Assembly: GCA_947452995.1 (NCBI GenBank)
Contig: CANGEV010000001.1
Location: forward strand, 389,040 to 453,039
Length of the DNA stretch: 64,000 nt
Direction: 5' to 3'
From: Chitinophagales bacterium
GTDB lineage: Bacteria > Bacteroidota > Bacteroidia > Chitinophagales > CAIODY01
The notes under the pieces were generated by a model that worked only from the letters and a program-made list of their open reading frames with translations, ran no database searches and was not told the DNA's origin. Within the stretch, counting starts at the first letter, position 1, and every line of letters starts with the position of its first letter. Of this stretch, positions 10,052 through 19,518 are shown piece after piece. The position numbers and the translations under genes were made by a program.

Positions 10052-10633
10052 TTAGCGCTTTTGTCCGGATGCTGGAGTTGCACCAGAGCCAGCATTATTT
10101 TTCTTGGATCCAGGCGTAATGCCCAAATCACGCAGTATATCATTACTTTTATCTAAAGCAGGATTAGAATATAAAATTGGGCTTCCGCTTACAGATTTGT
10201 CGAATACAAAATCATAGCCTTTTGCTTGCGCCATTTTTTGAATGGCTTCATAAACGCGATCTTGAATTGGCTTCACTAATTCTTCGCGCTTTTTAAACAA
10301 CTCTCCTTCATAACCGAATTTAGACTTTTGATATTCTTTTACCGCCTTCTCCCGATTGGTGATTTCCTCTTCACGTTTCTTTTTCATGTCATCAGTAAGT
10401 AAAACCTGCTCATTTTGGTACGACTTATACATTTCGTCAATATCCTTGTACATACGTTCTACTTCTTTCTGCCATGACGCAGATAAATCATCCAATTGCT
10501 TTTGGGCCTTGGCATATTCAGGCATATTTTCCAAAATATATTTGGTATCGACATAAGCGTATTTCTGTGCAAATGCACTATTAGCTCCTAGCGCAAAAAA
10601 GGCAATTGACAAAAAAAGAATAAGCTTTTTCAT
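10052..10633 (-). CDS. OmpH/Skp-family periplasmic chaperone
   Basis: Signal peptide MKKLILFLSIAFFALGANSAFA, a coiled-coil core, and YDFVFDKS. It lies immediately downstream of bamA. ATG at 10633 preferred. Confidence 0.85.
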   Translation of the reverse strand: MKKLILFLSIAFFALGANSAFAQKYAYVDTKYILENMPEYAKAQKQLDDLSASWQKEVERMYKDIDEMYKSYQNEQVLLTDDMKKKREEEITNREKAVKEYQKSKFGYEGELFKKREELVKPIQDRVYEAIQKMAQAKGYDFVFDKSVSGSPILYSNPALDKSNDILRDLGITPGSKKNNAGSGATPASGQKR

Positions 10634-10658
10634 AAAATGGAGTTTTAAGGGTATGGTT

Positions 10659-13301
10659 TTATTCAGGCTCGAAACCAAGAATAATATTGAATTTACCCAA
10701 GTTAGAAAGTTTGGTTGATGTTAGATTAGCCTTGTCAAAACCTATGCCATAATCAACGCCGAGTAATCCGAACATTGGTAAAAATACACGAATACCAATA
10801 CCAGCTGAACGTTTCAAACGGAATGGATCATAATTTTTGATCCCAATATTGGCATTACCACCTTCAATAAAGGCTAGACCATAGATTGTTGAAGAAGGGT
10901 TAAGCGTGAATGGATAACGAAGTTCCATTGTAAACTTATTGAAGATCGTAGAGGTAGAACTTCCTGAAGTGCTATTTTGAAATACATCAGCCACTTCATA
11001 ACCACGCAATGAAATAATTTCTATCCCCAAGCCACGCATACTATAATTCGACAAACCGTCACCACCAACTTGGAAGCGCTCATAAGGTGAATCTCCTGTC
11101 TTACCAGAGTAGTTTCCTAGCAAACCGATTTTCGCAGAGGTCTTCAGAATCAAATTGCCATAGACCTTCGTATAATTTTCTGCCGTAAAACGCCAACGAT
11201 TATATTCAAGCCATTTATATTTCTCAGCCAATGTTGCTGCACCATAATCCATATTGTTTAACATAGAATAAGGTGGAGTCATTTTGACACTTAAAGAATA
11301 CTTGGAACCGCCACGTGGATATAGTGGATCACCAATAGTGCTGCGTACCAATACTTCCTCCAAATTAAAGTTATTCGATTTCCCGTTTTGCAGAATAGAG
11401 TAATAAGGACTAGAATTTATAGCATCATATTGCTCAAAAGTAAGGTTTGATGATAGTGTAAAGAACTCATCCGGAAACTTCAAACGTTTTCCTAAACCAA
11501 CTGTAGCGCCTGTTGTACTAAATTTACTGGCTGCACTATTGTAAGTATTATTCATGGCAGTCTTGTAAAGCGCTATGGATAGCGAAACAGGCTTTTTTCC
11601 ACCTAACCAGGGTTCTGTAAAGGAAAAAGTCGCAGCCTGATAATATTTACCATTACTTTGAAGACGCAAACCTAATTTCTGACCGTCACCTGAAGGTAGT
11701 GGCCCCCAAGCGTTAGGCTTTAACATATTCTTTACCGAGAAATTATTAAAATTAACACCTACTGTACCTATCAACCCGGTAACTTTACCCCCCCAACCCG
11801 CTTGCAATTCAATTTGATCGCTTGATTTTTCTTCAACAGAATACTCAATGTCTACTGTTCCATTTTCAGGATGTGGAATTGGTGTAATTCCAATTTTCTC
11901 TGCGTTAAAATAACCTAGTGCTGAAATCTCACGTTGTGAACGCATGATATCGTTACGACTAAACTTCTGTCCTGGAATAGTTCGTAGCTCTCGACGGATC
12001 ACATGCTCATTAGTCTTATCATTTCCTTTAATTACAATTTTGTTGATCGTCGCCTGCGGTCCTTCATAAATACGAATTTCCATATCAATCGAATCTCTAT
12101 CAACATATACTTCACTTGGTGTTACTTGGAAAAACAAATAACCATCATCCATATAAAGTGAACTCACGTCAGTTGAATTCGGATTCATATTTAAACGCGC
12201 ATCCAAAACAGCCTTGTTATATACATCGCCATTATGAATATTCAATACAGCAGCTAAGAATTTATCGCTATATTTTGTATTTCCTTTCCAATAAATATTG
12301 CGGAAATAATACTTATGCCCTTCGTCTACACGTAAGCGAACCACATAGTTGCCATTGGGTCCTTTATAAACAGAATCCCAAACGATCGCTGCATCACGAT
12401 AGCCTTTTTCGTTATAAAACTCAACCACCTTCTCTTTATCCAAATCAAACATATCGCGGTTGTATTTAGAGCCACTTAGTTTGATACGAAAACGATCACT
12501 TATGTCTTCTAAAAGCATTGGAAACGTCAGTTCATATGCACTATGAACCATCTGCCGAACACTATGCGTTTTAATATATTCGAAGTCCTTATGCGTTAAA
12601 GGACGAATTCTAAAATGTTCTTTGGTTTCTTTTAACAAGTGTTCAATTCTAGCTCCTGTAAACGCAACATTACCTTCTACGATTACTTCTTCAATCTTTA
12701 TTTTCCGTCCTTTATCAACGACGAAAAGAATATTCACTGCATTCTTTAAGGAGGTATCTTTCGTTTCTTTGATACTAACCTTAACATCAGTATTCCCTTT
12801 TTCAATGTAATAATCAACGATCTGTTGTACGGCGTTCGTTTTTAGATTATCAGTTAAGACTTTCATCTTAACTAGGTTTACTTTTTTATTTAGATCCTCC
12901 GCGTCGGTCTTACCTACCCCAACGAAGCTATAATTCGCAAGACGAGGGCGTTCAGTCAAATGAAAATCTAAAAAAATGGTGTTTCCTACAATTTGCTCTG
13001 CATTTACAGAAATATTCGCAAATAGGCCTTGACGCCATAAGGCAGAAATTGCTTTACCGATATCTTCGCCTGGGACACTGATCTTTTGGCCAATGCTCAA
13101 ACCCGTATAAGTGCGCAAGATATCTTTGTCAAGATATTGTACACCGCTAATGCGTATACCTCCTATTTCATACTCTTTGGGAGCATCTGGCAATTCAAAA
13201 CGTGACTGAGCTTGTAATTCCAGTTGTGAGAAAAGAAGACAGATAAGTGTTAACGCTAGCAAAGAAAAAACCCTAGAAACGTTTTTAAGATTATTTATCA
13301 T
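10659..13301 (-). CDS. bamA: outer membrane protein assembly factor BamA (Omp85 family)
   Basis: 880 aa. Signal peptide, a POTRA-repeat region, then a C-terminal beta-barrel with alternating aromatic strands. It is part of the conserved uppS-bamA-ompH gene order. Confidence 0.93.
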   Translation of the reverse strand: MINNLKNVSRVFSLLALTLICLLFSQLELQAQSRFELPDAPKEYEIGGIRISGVQYLDKDILRTYTGLSIGQKISVPGEDIGKAISALWRQGLFANISVNAEQIVGNTIFLDFHLTERPRLANYSFVGVGKTDAEDLNKKVNLVKMKVLTDNLKTNAVQQIVDYYIEKGNTDVKVSIKETKDTSLKNAVNILFVVDKGRKIKIEEVIVEGNVAFTGARIEHLLKETKEHFRIRPLTHKDFEYIKTHSVRQMVHSAYELTFPMLLEDISDRFRIKLSGSKYNRDMFDLDKEKVVEFYNEKGYRDAAIVWDSVYKGPNGNYVVRLRVDEGHKYYFRNIYWKGNTKYSDKFLAAVLNIHNGDVYNKAVLDARLNMNPNSTDVSSLYMDDGYLFFQVTPSEVYVDRDSIDMEIRIYEGPQATINKIVIKGNDKTNEHVIRRELRTIPGQKFSRNDIMRSQREISALGYFNAEKIGITPIPHPENGTVDIEYSVEEKSSDQIELQAGWGGKVTGLIGTVGVNFNNFSVKNMLKPNAWGPLPSGDGQKLGLRLQSNGKYYQAATFSFTEPWLGGKKPVSLSIALYKTAMNNTYNSAASKFSTTGATVGLGKRLKFPDEFFTLSSNLTFEQYDAINSSPYYSILQNGKSNNFNLEEVLVRSTIGDPLYPRGGSKYSLSVKMTPPYSMLNNMDYGAATLAEKYKWLEYNRWRFTAENYTKVYGNLILKTSAKIGLLGNYSGKTGDSPYERFQVGGDGLSNYSMRGLGIEIISLRGYEVADVFQNSTSGSSTSTIFNKFTMELRYPFTLNPSSTIYGLAFIEGGNANIGIKNYDPFRLKRSAGIGIRVFLPMFGLLGVDYGIGFDKANLTSTKLSNLGKFNIILGFEPE

Positions 13302-13303
13302 AA

Positions 13304-14053
13304 TTAGGGTGCATCTATTTGCTCACTCGTTTTACCGAAGCGACGTTCACGATTTTGATAATTTACAATAGCCTGATAAAAATCTTCTTTTGAAAAATCG
13401 GGCCACATGGTTTCTGTGAAATACAACTCCGCATAAGCTAATTGCCAAAGAAGGAAATTACTAATTCTTACTTCTCCCGAGGTGCGTATCATCAGTTCAG
13501 GATGCGGAAACTCGGCAGTGTTTAGATTGGAATCAACTACCTGATCATCGATATCTTCAACTTCTAGTACGCCTTGCTTTACTTTCAACGCTATTTGTTG
13601 AATGGCATTTTTTATTTCCCAAGTGCTTGAATAACTTAAAGCAAGTATTAAGGTTAAACCATTCAAATGACTAGTGGCCGCCATGGTTTCATCCAATTCC
13701 TCTTTACATTCGACAGGTAAAGAAGATAAATTACCGATAGCCTTAAGACGAATATTATTATTTAAAAAAGTAGGCAATTCCGCTTTCAGGGAACTTACCA
13801 TTAAGGACATTAACGCATCTACTTCATCCTTCGGACGATTCCAGTTTTCTGTGCTAAATGCATACAGTGTTAGGTATTTAACGCCGATTTCAGAACAGGC
13901 TTCCGTAACACGTCGCACCGTTTCTACTCCCTGAAAATGTCCATTGATTCGAGGCAGACCTTGTGCTTTTGCCCAACGACCATTGCCATCCATAATCACG
14001 GCTACATGAGAAGGTACTCGATTCTTATCAATTTGTGTTTTCCAATCATTCAT
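13304..14053 (-). CDS. uppS: isoprenyl transferase (di-trans,poly-cis-undecaprenyl-diphosphate synthase)
   Basis: HVAVIMDGNGRWAK and RTSGEVRISNFLLWQLAYAELYF motifs. Confidence 0.93.
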   Translation of the reverse strand: MNDWKTQIDKNRVPSHVAVIMDGNGRWAKAQGLPRINGHFQGVETVRRVTEACSEIGVKYLTLYAFSTENWNRPKDEVDALMSLMVSSLKAELPTFLNNNIRLKAIGNLSSLPVECKEELDETMAATSHLNGLTLILALSYSSTWEIKNAIQQIALKVKQGVLEVEDIDDQVVDSNLNTAEFPHPELMIRTSGEVRISNFLLWQLAYAELYFTETMWPDFSKEDFYQAIVNYQNRERRFGKTSEQIDAP

Positions 14054-14095
14054 AACGAATGCACAAAGTAATAAAAATTCAGCTAAAATTCGGGC

Positions 14096-14341
14096 TTAAA
14101 AGTTAATTTTTTGACAAGTTCTACCCCCTTGCGTCTCCTTCACCAAATAATAGCAGCCATGTAGGCGAGAATTAATTGTCTCAACACGATTTCCTAAACT
14201 ATTTACATAATATGTTTGCTCAATATACTCTTTGGCTACTATTGATAGCGAGGGCGAATTAGTAGTCGGAGTATAGCGCTCAAATGCACTACAAAAAATA
14301 AATATTAGAAGCGCTCCTACTATTTTGAATATATTTTTCAT
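14096..14341 (-). CDS. small (81 aa) putative lipoprotein or secreted protein; last gene of the lipase operon
   Basis: N-terminal hydrophobic signal ending IFIFCS. Its ATG overlaps the upstream stop codon as ATGA (14338-14341). Confidence 0.5.
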   Translation of the reverse strand: MKNIFKIVGALLIFIFCSAFERYTPTTNSPSLSIVAKEYIEQTYYVNSLGNRVETINSRLHGCYYLVKETQGGRTCQKINF

Positions 14342-14718
14342 TCTTCTATCAATTCAAAACCGTTATCAAAAACAATTTCACCCCGAGTCCAACGTACTTT
14401 TTTACTAAGCATTTTAGTGTGCTTTATACTGTGAATACATTGCGGATCAATTCCTAACTCAGAGGTTCCTATTTTTTGATCGAAATATAAACAGGCATTA
14501 TCTAAAGACCAATTAGAATTATGTTTGATGCTCGTAGAATCGTACCAAATGCATGTCCCGTCTTCCAAGAATTGAATATGCAAGGAAGGCGTGCTGGCAC
14601 CTTCACGGTACCAGCTGCCTATAATTGCAGTTTTAAATCTAGAACTATCTTTCTTTTGACAAGTGCTGCATATTGCTCCAGCAAAAAGACACAGCACTAG
14701 AATTGATAACTTACTCAT
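14338..14718 (-). CDS. small (126 aa) putative lipoprotein, translationally coupled to the upstream hydrolase gene
   Basis: MSKLSILVLCLFAGAICSTC lipobox-like signal. ATGA start/stop overlap with the hydrolase gene at 14715-14718. Beta-rich mature part. Confidence 0.5.
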   Translation of the reverse strand: MSKLSILVLCLFAGAICSTCQKKDSSRFKTAIIGSWYREGASTPSLHIQFLEDGTCIWYDSTSIKHNSNWSLDNACLYFDQKIGTSELGIDPQCIHSIKHTKMLSKKVRWTRGEIVFDNGFELIEE

Positions 14719-17333
14719 AAGCTTTGTTTTATGATTTTTGAAGTTGAACAAGGATTCTCTATCAAACTAATAAAATAGATTCCATCAGGATAGCCTTCTA
14801 AACTCAATACGTCCCCGCTCTGAAAATCTATTTGCTTTACCAATACTTTTCCAAAAATATCCACCACTTGAATTCCCGAAAAAGCTGCATTGAAACTAAG
14901 TACATAATGCCCACTACTTGGATTTGGATAAACTTGAATCAGTGATTTGCGAGCAACAGTTGAACTAAACAGATTCGCATCCTTCTTCTCCACAGATTTC
15001 ACCTGTCGGTACGCTTGCGTACTAGCAATCTGAATACAGTTCACATCGTACAAAGTGGCTAAACTCGTCAAATGACATCTAAGTGGATGATTTAATTTAG
15101 AACCATCTTGCAAATGAATTTGATCAACAGCCTTGATTTCTACATCCGCATTCAACTTACATTCGAAGTCGCCTTTCAAAAATCGACTTGAAACATTTCT
15201 ACCAATATTAATACTCATTGCCTCTATTTCATGCGTAGAATTCCAAACTAGGTTTTGGATAAAACATGTTCTACTCATCATCTCAAGATTAAGTAATTGC
15301 ATCATATCTAAATCAAAGCCTCCAAGAATATGAGGCGCATTGTTAATCGTAGCATTACGGCTAGCAGAATAATAATTCTTCATACAATACGTTACGTCAA
15401 AAGGGCTTATAGCGGCCGAATGACTCATTCCTAAATAACTTAAATTAGGCATTAATGCACTTATGGGCGTTTGATAATTGACTGCATTTTGTATTGCTAA
15501 AGAACTTGAAACCGGAACAAAATTATCCTCTTGCATTAAACAATATCCTAAAGCATTTTGACTTGCATTAATTCCTAAAGACTGGGCAACATCAACATGA
15601 AAAGTATTAGAACCCCCAGATGCATTATCAATCCCATTTCCTACACTAATCATGTAATTAGCTTTAGCGATATTCACCGGAATACCTTTAACAAACACTT
15701 TGATTGTGCCATCAAAAACCTGTTGCGCTTGCGAACCCAATGCTACAGCATTTGCCTGCATATTTATAATTACTGGATACAGCGGCAATTGGAAATGCAC
15801 CAAATTCTGCCCCGCTTTGAAACCTTGATCACCACCTGTATAATTCCCATCAGAAAGGGCTACTTTACGGCAGTTTGGAAAGCCCCATGCATTCAAAGTA
15901 TCATACAATGCATGAAACTCGGGACAGGGTCCGTTCACGCCCTTTTTTAATTCCGTATAATGTGTCAGTAACATTTCCCTCGCAGCTGGACAATTCAAAA
16001 CTTTATCACGCAAGGGCGGAATTTGCTTTTGAATAGCATACGGCATTTGTGAAAGGTTATCATAAATAAAATCAATCATCATTTGTATGCCAATTGGAAC
16101 ATTAGCGCCTTTGTGTGGACTATCAAAGCTTATCCACAATTTACATTGAGGGTTCATTTTATGTCTTTCCATATACAATAAAGCATAGCGGCTAATAAGT
16201 CCTCCCATAGAAGCACCGACGATCGTCAACTCATCATTGCCTTCTTTGTGCGCATTGATATAGTTTAATGCATCAACTAATGCAAGTGCATTACGCTCCA
16301 CATAAGTACCCCCATCCAAAAAATCAACTATAATAACATCATGACCATAGGCTCGAAGACTATCCAACATATTCGTATGGTTGGCCACGGAGGCATTGGA
16401 TATACAGTACAAGTTGTTTGTAGCACTCATATTGCTTAAAAGTGTCCGACTATTTTGCGGATCAAAGCCTTCTACAATAACAACAGGCTGATTAAACCTA
16501 GAAGTATTTAAGCAACTTTTCCATATTCCTAACACTAAACTAGCTTTTTGCCCTTTAAAAGGTGTGCTTGCGCTTAAACTAATAATTTGATCAGGATTGG
16601 GAAAAACAATCGATGATTTGGCATATTGAAATGCAAAAGAACTATAAAATTGTTGACTACCGTTTTGAACTTTAACATAAAAGATATGCTTCGCAAAATT
16701 AGAATCTAAGAGAAGTGTGATAGGGGTTCCAATAAATAAGGGAACATACTGTGTTGTATCGTCCATTGCTATATTGTATTGCAAATTTGATTTCCATTCG
16801 CTTTGAACACTAGCGCTATCGAGCAATATTGTAAAACTCGCTTGCGTGATGGTATCTATCATACTTCCAAAAAAGACGAGAGTGTCTGTTCTAATCGGCA
16901 TTACAAGGCCATTAGGATAAACAAAATTATGACTTATGGAATCCCAATATTTAGGCGTTAAATAAGCTGAATCTTGATACCGATTAATGGTGGAAGCAAA
17001 ATACTGTAACAGCAAGGTATTTGAGTTTAACCAACAAGAATCACTTTTCTTTTGTAAGAAATCGATACTTTTTTTCTTGGAATGTAACTGAGCTTGTTGA
17101 GCTTCGAACATCACCTGCCGAATTAAAGGAGCGTCGGCAATGGAGTCCCGAACATCTCCTTTAAATTTCGACAAGTTTGTGTACTGCGCAGCACGATTCC
17201 AAAGGAAACCTCCGGTGGAGATCATGAGTGAATCACTATTACCTCGCAATTGTGCTTTGGCATAGGGAACACAAGCAATACACAATAAATTAAACACCAA
17301 CCCAATTATTCGAATTTTCATAGAACATTTCAT
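14715..17333 (-). CDS. T9SS-sorted secreted serine hydrolase (PGAP1/DUF676-like lipase or esterase domain)
   Basis: Signal peptide. GxSxG elbow TIVGASMGG (Ser codon at 16209-16211), followed by ISFDSPHKGAN. The C-terminal VYPNPSSGHYVLSF...GIYFISL segment fits a T9SS type-A sorting domain. Confidence 0.65.
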   Translation of the reverse strand: MKCSMKIRIIGLVFNLLCIACVPYAKAQLRGNSDSLMISTGGFLWNRAAQYTNLSKFKGDVRDSIADAPLIRQVMFEAQQAQLHSKKKSIDFLQKKSDSCWLNSNTLLLQYFASTINRYQDSAYLTPKYWDSISHNFVYPNGLVMPIRTDTLVFFGSMIDTITQASFTILLDSASVQSEWKSNLQYNIAMDDTTQYVPLFIGTPITLLLDSNFAKHIFYVKVQNGSQQFYSSFAFQYAKSSIVFPNPDQIISLSASTPFKGQKASLVLGIWKSCLNTSRFNQPVVIVEGFDPQNSRTLLSNMSATNNLYCISNASVANHTNMLDSLRAYGHDVIIVDFLDGGTYVERNALALVDALNYINAHKEGNDELTIVGASMGGLISRYALLYMERHKMNPQCKLWISFDSPHKGANVPIGIQMMIDFIYDNLSQMPYAIQKQIPPLRDKVLNCPAAREMLLTHYTELKKGVNGPCPEFHALYDTLNAWGFPNCRKVALSDGNYTGGDQGFKAGQNLVHFQLPLYPVIINMQANAVALGSQAQQVFDGTIKVFVKGIPVNIAKANYMISVGNGIDNASGGSNTFHVDVAQSLGINASQNALGYCLMQEDNFVPVSSSLAIQNAVNYQTPISALMPNLSYLGMSHSAAISPFDVTYCMKNYYSASRNATINNAPHILGGFDLDMMQLLNLEMMSRTCFIQNLVWNSTHEIEAMSINIGRNVSSRFLKGDFECKLNADVEIKAVDQIHLQDGSKLNHPLRCHLTSLATLYDVNCIQIASTQAYRQVKSVEKKDANLFSSTVARKSLIQVYPNPSSGHYVLSFNAAFSGIQVVDIFGKVLVKQIDFQSGDVLSLEGYPDGIYFISLIENPCSTSKIIKQSL

Positions 17334-17337
17334 GGCC

Positions 17338-18249
17338 TTACTTACTTAAATCGTTCAACACATTTTTCAAGGCAGCCACTTCTTTTTCTTGCTGTAAAAT
17401 ATAGAGTGCTAAAACCTCCACCTGTTCTACCAATTGTTTATTAAATTGATAAATGGAAAGGCCTTGCGTTTCATAAGACACAGCAGGACTCAATAAAGGT
17501 AAATGATGTTGTTTCTCAATAGATTTACGAAACTCCTCCATACTAGGCAACACAAAATCAGGACTAAATACATAATCCGGGAAATTAGCCGCTTGCACTA
17601 TGATGTCATGTGCAAATAATGTGCCATTTGTTGAATTAGCCTTTAGAATTTGATTTCCGGTATAATCATACATAACAAAATCGCCATACATCTCTGTATT
17701 TCCAGTTATTGTTAATGCTCCGTTTAGTCTTTCTGCGCCATTGACCACCAATGGTCCATTTTGAAAAGTCCTGCCATTAATATTTGTGGAACCGACCCAA
17801 GCACAAGTTGGAGATACAAATTGGGTGTTTATAGAAACTCCTTTTTGATCTAGTGTCAATACATCGAAAGCTTTAAAAGGGCAATTATCATTTGCTTGAC
17901 AAGCATCTAACCAAAAATGAATATCATGTGCATGTTCGATTAATGCTGGGCCTTCACAATCAAGCAATCCACTACTCGTGATAGGTAAAGTATCTTCACC
18001 TTTACTTTCACCTATCAAAATATCACCAGACCGAGCACCATACACGAAATCAGCACCTTTCGTTTCAATCGCGTTCATCTTATTGACAACTCCGGCAGTG
18101 CCGAAGAATACCACCCCCGAATCGACACTGCTCACGGTAGTTATCAAATTTTGGGCATATAAACCCGTTCCTAACAAAAACAGTCCATTAACCAGACTTA
18201 TTATTTTAAAAAATTGATTGTTCTTCATTTTCACTTTATTTATCTGCAT
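17338..18249 (-). CDS. secreted protein with a tail-fibre-like C-terminal coiled-coil module; function unknown
   Basis: Signal peptide (MKNNQFFKIISLVNGLFLLGTGLYAQ; the start could be 18228). C-terminus reads FPDYVFSPDFVLPSMEEFRKSIEKQHHLPLL...VEVLALYILQQEKEVAALKN. Confidence 0.45.
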   Translation of the reverse strand: MQINKVKMKNNQFFKIISLVNGLFLLGTGLYAQNLITTVSSVDSGVVFFGTAGVVNKMNAIETKGADFVYGARSGDILIGESKGEDTLPITSSGLLDCEGPALIEHAHDIHFWLDACQANDNCPFKAFDVLTLDQKGVSINTQFVSPTCAWVGSTNINGRTFQNGPLVVNGAERLNGALTITGNTEMYGDFVMYDYTGNQILKANSTNGTLFAHDIIVQAANFPDYVFSPDFVLPSMEEFRKSIEKQHHLPLLSPAVSYETQGLSIYQFNKQLVEQVEVLALYILQQEKEVAALKNVLNDLSK

Positions 18250-18300
18250 ACTCTACTTGGCATCTGCACTCCATTCATTCAATTCGTTTGAATGATAGTA

Positions 18301-18308
18301 CAAAAGTA
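18301..18308 (-). promoter_or_regulatory. -7 promoter box (TAnnTTTG) for the 18249-14096 operon
   Basis: The minus strand reads TACTTTTG ~50 nt upstream of the first ATG and downstream of the terminator at 18413-18434. Confidence 0.3.
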
Positions 18309-18412
18309 TTGTCAAGTTTTAGCTCCGCAACAGTGATTGTATGAACGTAAGCAACTAATGTATAAGCGTCCCCTAAGAGCGTATCAAGGGTCGAAACTTA
18401 AAAGAATAGCAT

Positions 18413-18434
18413 AAAAAAAGCGCCCGAAGGCGCT
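18413..18434 (-). terminator. rho-independent terminator after the VOC gene
   Basis: AGCGCC-CGAA-GGCGCT hairpin. The minus strand continues TTTTTTT. Confidence 0.75.
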
Positions 18435-18459
18435 ATTCTGTATAAGGAGTAAGATGTGT

Positions 18460-19518
18460 TTATTTCTCGCGATTAAAACGCAATGTTTTTAGCATCCAAT
18501 TAGGTAAGGCTTTGGTTGCGTCGCGTTTACGTAAATCAAGATACCAACCAATAGACTTTAGCATTGGAATTTTAAAGGTTTCAACATATTCCAATAAGGT
18601 GCCATCAGGATCTTCGTTATAGGTAAATTGACCAGCGGCCTCACCCATATCAAAAGCACCAGCACTATTTACAGTTAATGGATATCCAAGCGCTTCACAA
18701 TTATTCTCATGTGCTTTCATACCAATGGTATCAAAGCATAAATGTATGTATCCCAAATCGCCCCAATAGCGATTTACAAAACTATGTGGCTGGTTTTTGC
18801 AGTCTTCTGTGCAAATCAATTCAATTTGAGAAGGCCCTAACATTTTAGAGAAAGCTCCTGTTACTCCCCTACTTTGAGTCAGCAATACACGACGTAAGCG
18901 AATATTACCACCTGGAACGTTTTTCAAATCAGCAAAGACCCCTGTTTCATCATAAACTATCTTATCAAGATTAAGTACCTTCTGGTAAAAATCTAGCGCT
19001 TTATCCATATCCTTTATGGCAATAACAGCACCAACAACACCGCCAGTACTTGCGCCAGAAAGAGGCTCAGAGAACCAATTTTCATCTTCCACACATTGAA
19101 ACAAATTCCCGTAAGGATCAGTCAGCCAAAGACTTTTGCGCGTTGCTTCCAAATTTTTCTGTAAAATATTAACGTGTTGATTTTCAAAAAAGCTAGCTGC
19201 TTGATTAAGTGAACGAGTTTTCATTTTAACTGCCACAATCCCAGCTGTCGACAAGGTAATTGGGAAGCTTGCAGGTTGAGGCTTTCTGCTTGTATATTGC
19301 CAGATTTCAAAGCCAGCACCGCCAGCAACATTAAGTGCTAAATATGCAGTTCTTCTATGTGCTTCACCTCCTGTATAACGTACCATTAGTTTAGCTTCGG
19401 CACTATCTCTGAACATTGGAATGTCCATCCCAAAATGTTTTTTATACCACTGATAAGCTTGTTCTACATCACTAACTCCAATCCCTACTTGTTGAATTCC
19501 TGCGAATACTGATTGCAT
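18460..19518 (-). CDS. VOC (glyoxalase/bleomycin-resistance/dioxygenase) superfamily protein with a tandem-module architecture
   Basis: 352 aa. N-terminus IQQVGIGVSDVEQAYQWYKKHFGM and a repeated internal module (VGAVIAIKDMDKALDFYQKVLNL) are typical of VOC beta-alpha-beta-beta-beta units. Confidence 0.65.
   Translation of the reverse strand: MQSVFAGIQQVGIGVSDVEQAYQWYKKHFGMDIPMFRDSAEAKLMVRYTGGEAHRRTAYLALNVAGGAGFEIWQYTSRKPQPASFPITLSTAGIVAVKMKTRSLNQAASFFENQHVNILQKNLEATRKSLWLTDPYGNLFQCVEDENWFSEPLSGASTGGVVGAVIAIKDMDKALDFYQKVLNLDKIVYDETGVFADLKNVPGGNIRLRRVLLTQSRGVTGAFSKMLGPSQIELICTEDCKNQPHSFVNRYWGDLGYIHLCFDTIGMKAHENNCEALGYPLTVNSAGAFDMGEAAGQFTYNEDPDGTLLEYVETFKIPMLKSIGWYLDLRKRDATKALPNWMLKTLRFNREK

Noticed and set aside
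12116-12469. A 117-aa plus-strand ORF inside bamA, plus similar small antisense or overlapping ORFs in the track (for example 102-392, 2395-2867, 15597-15950, 52368-52898 and 53093-53443).
   Set aside because: All of them lie fully within well-supported genes on the other strand or in another frame. They have atypical composition and no start or promoter context.
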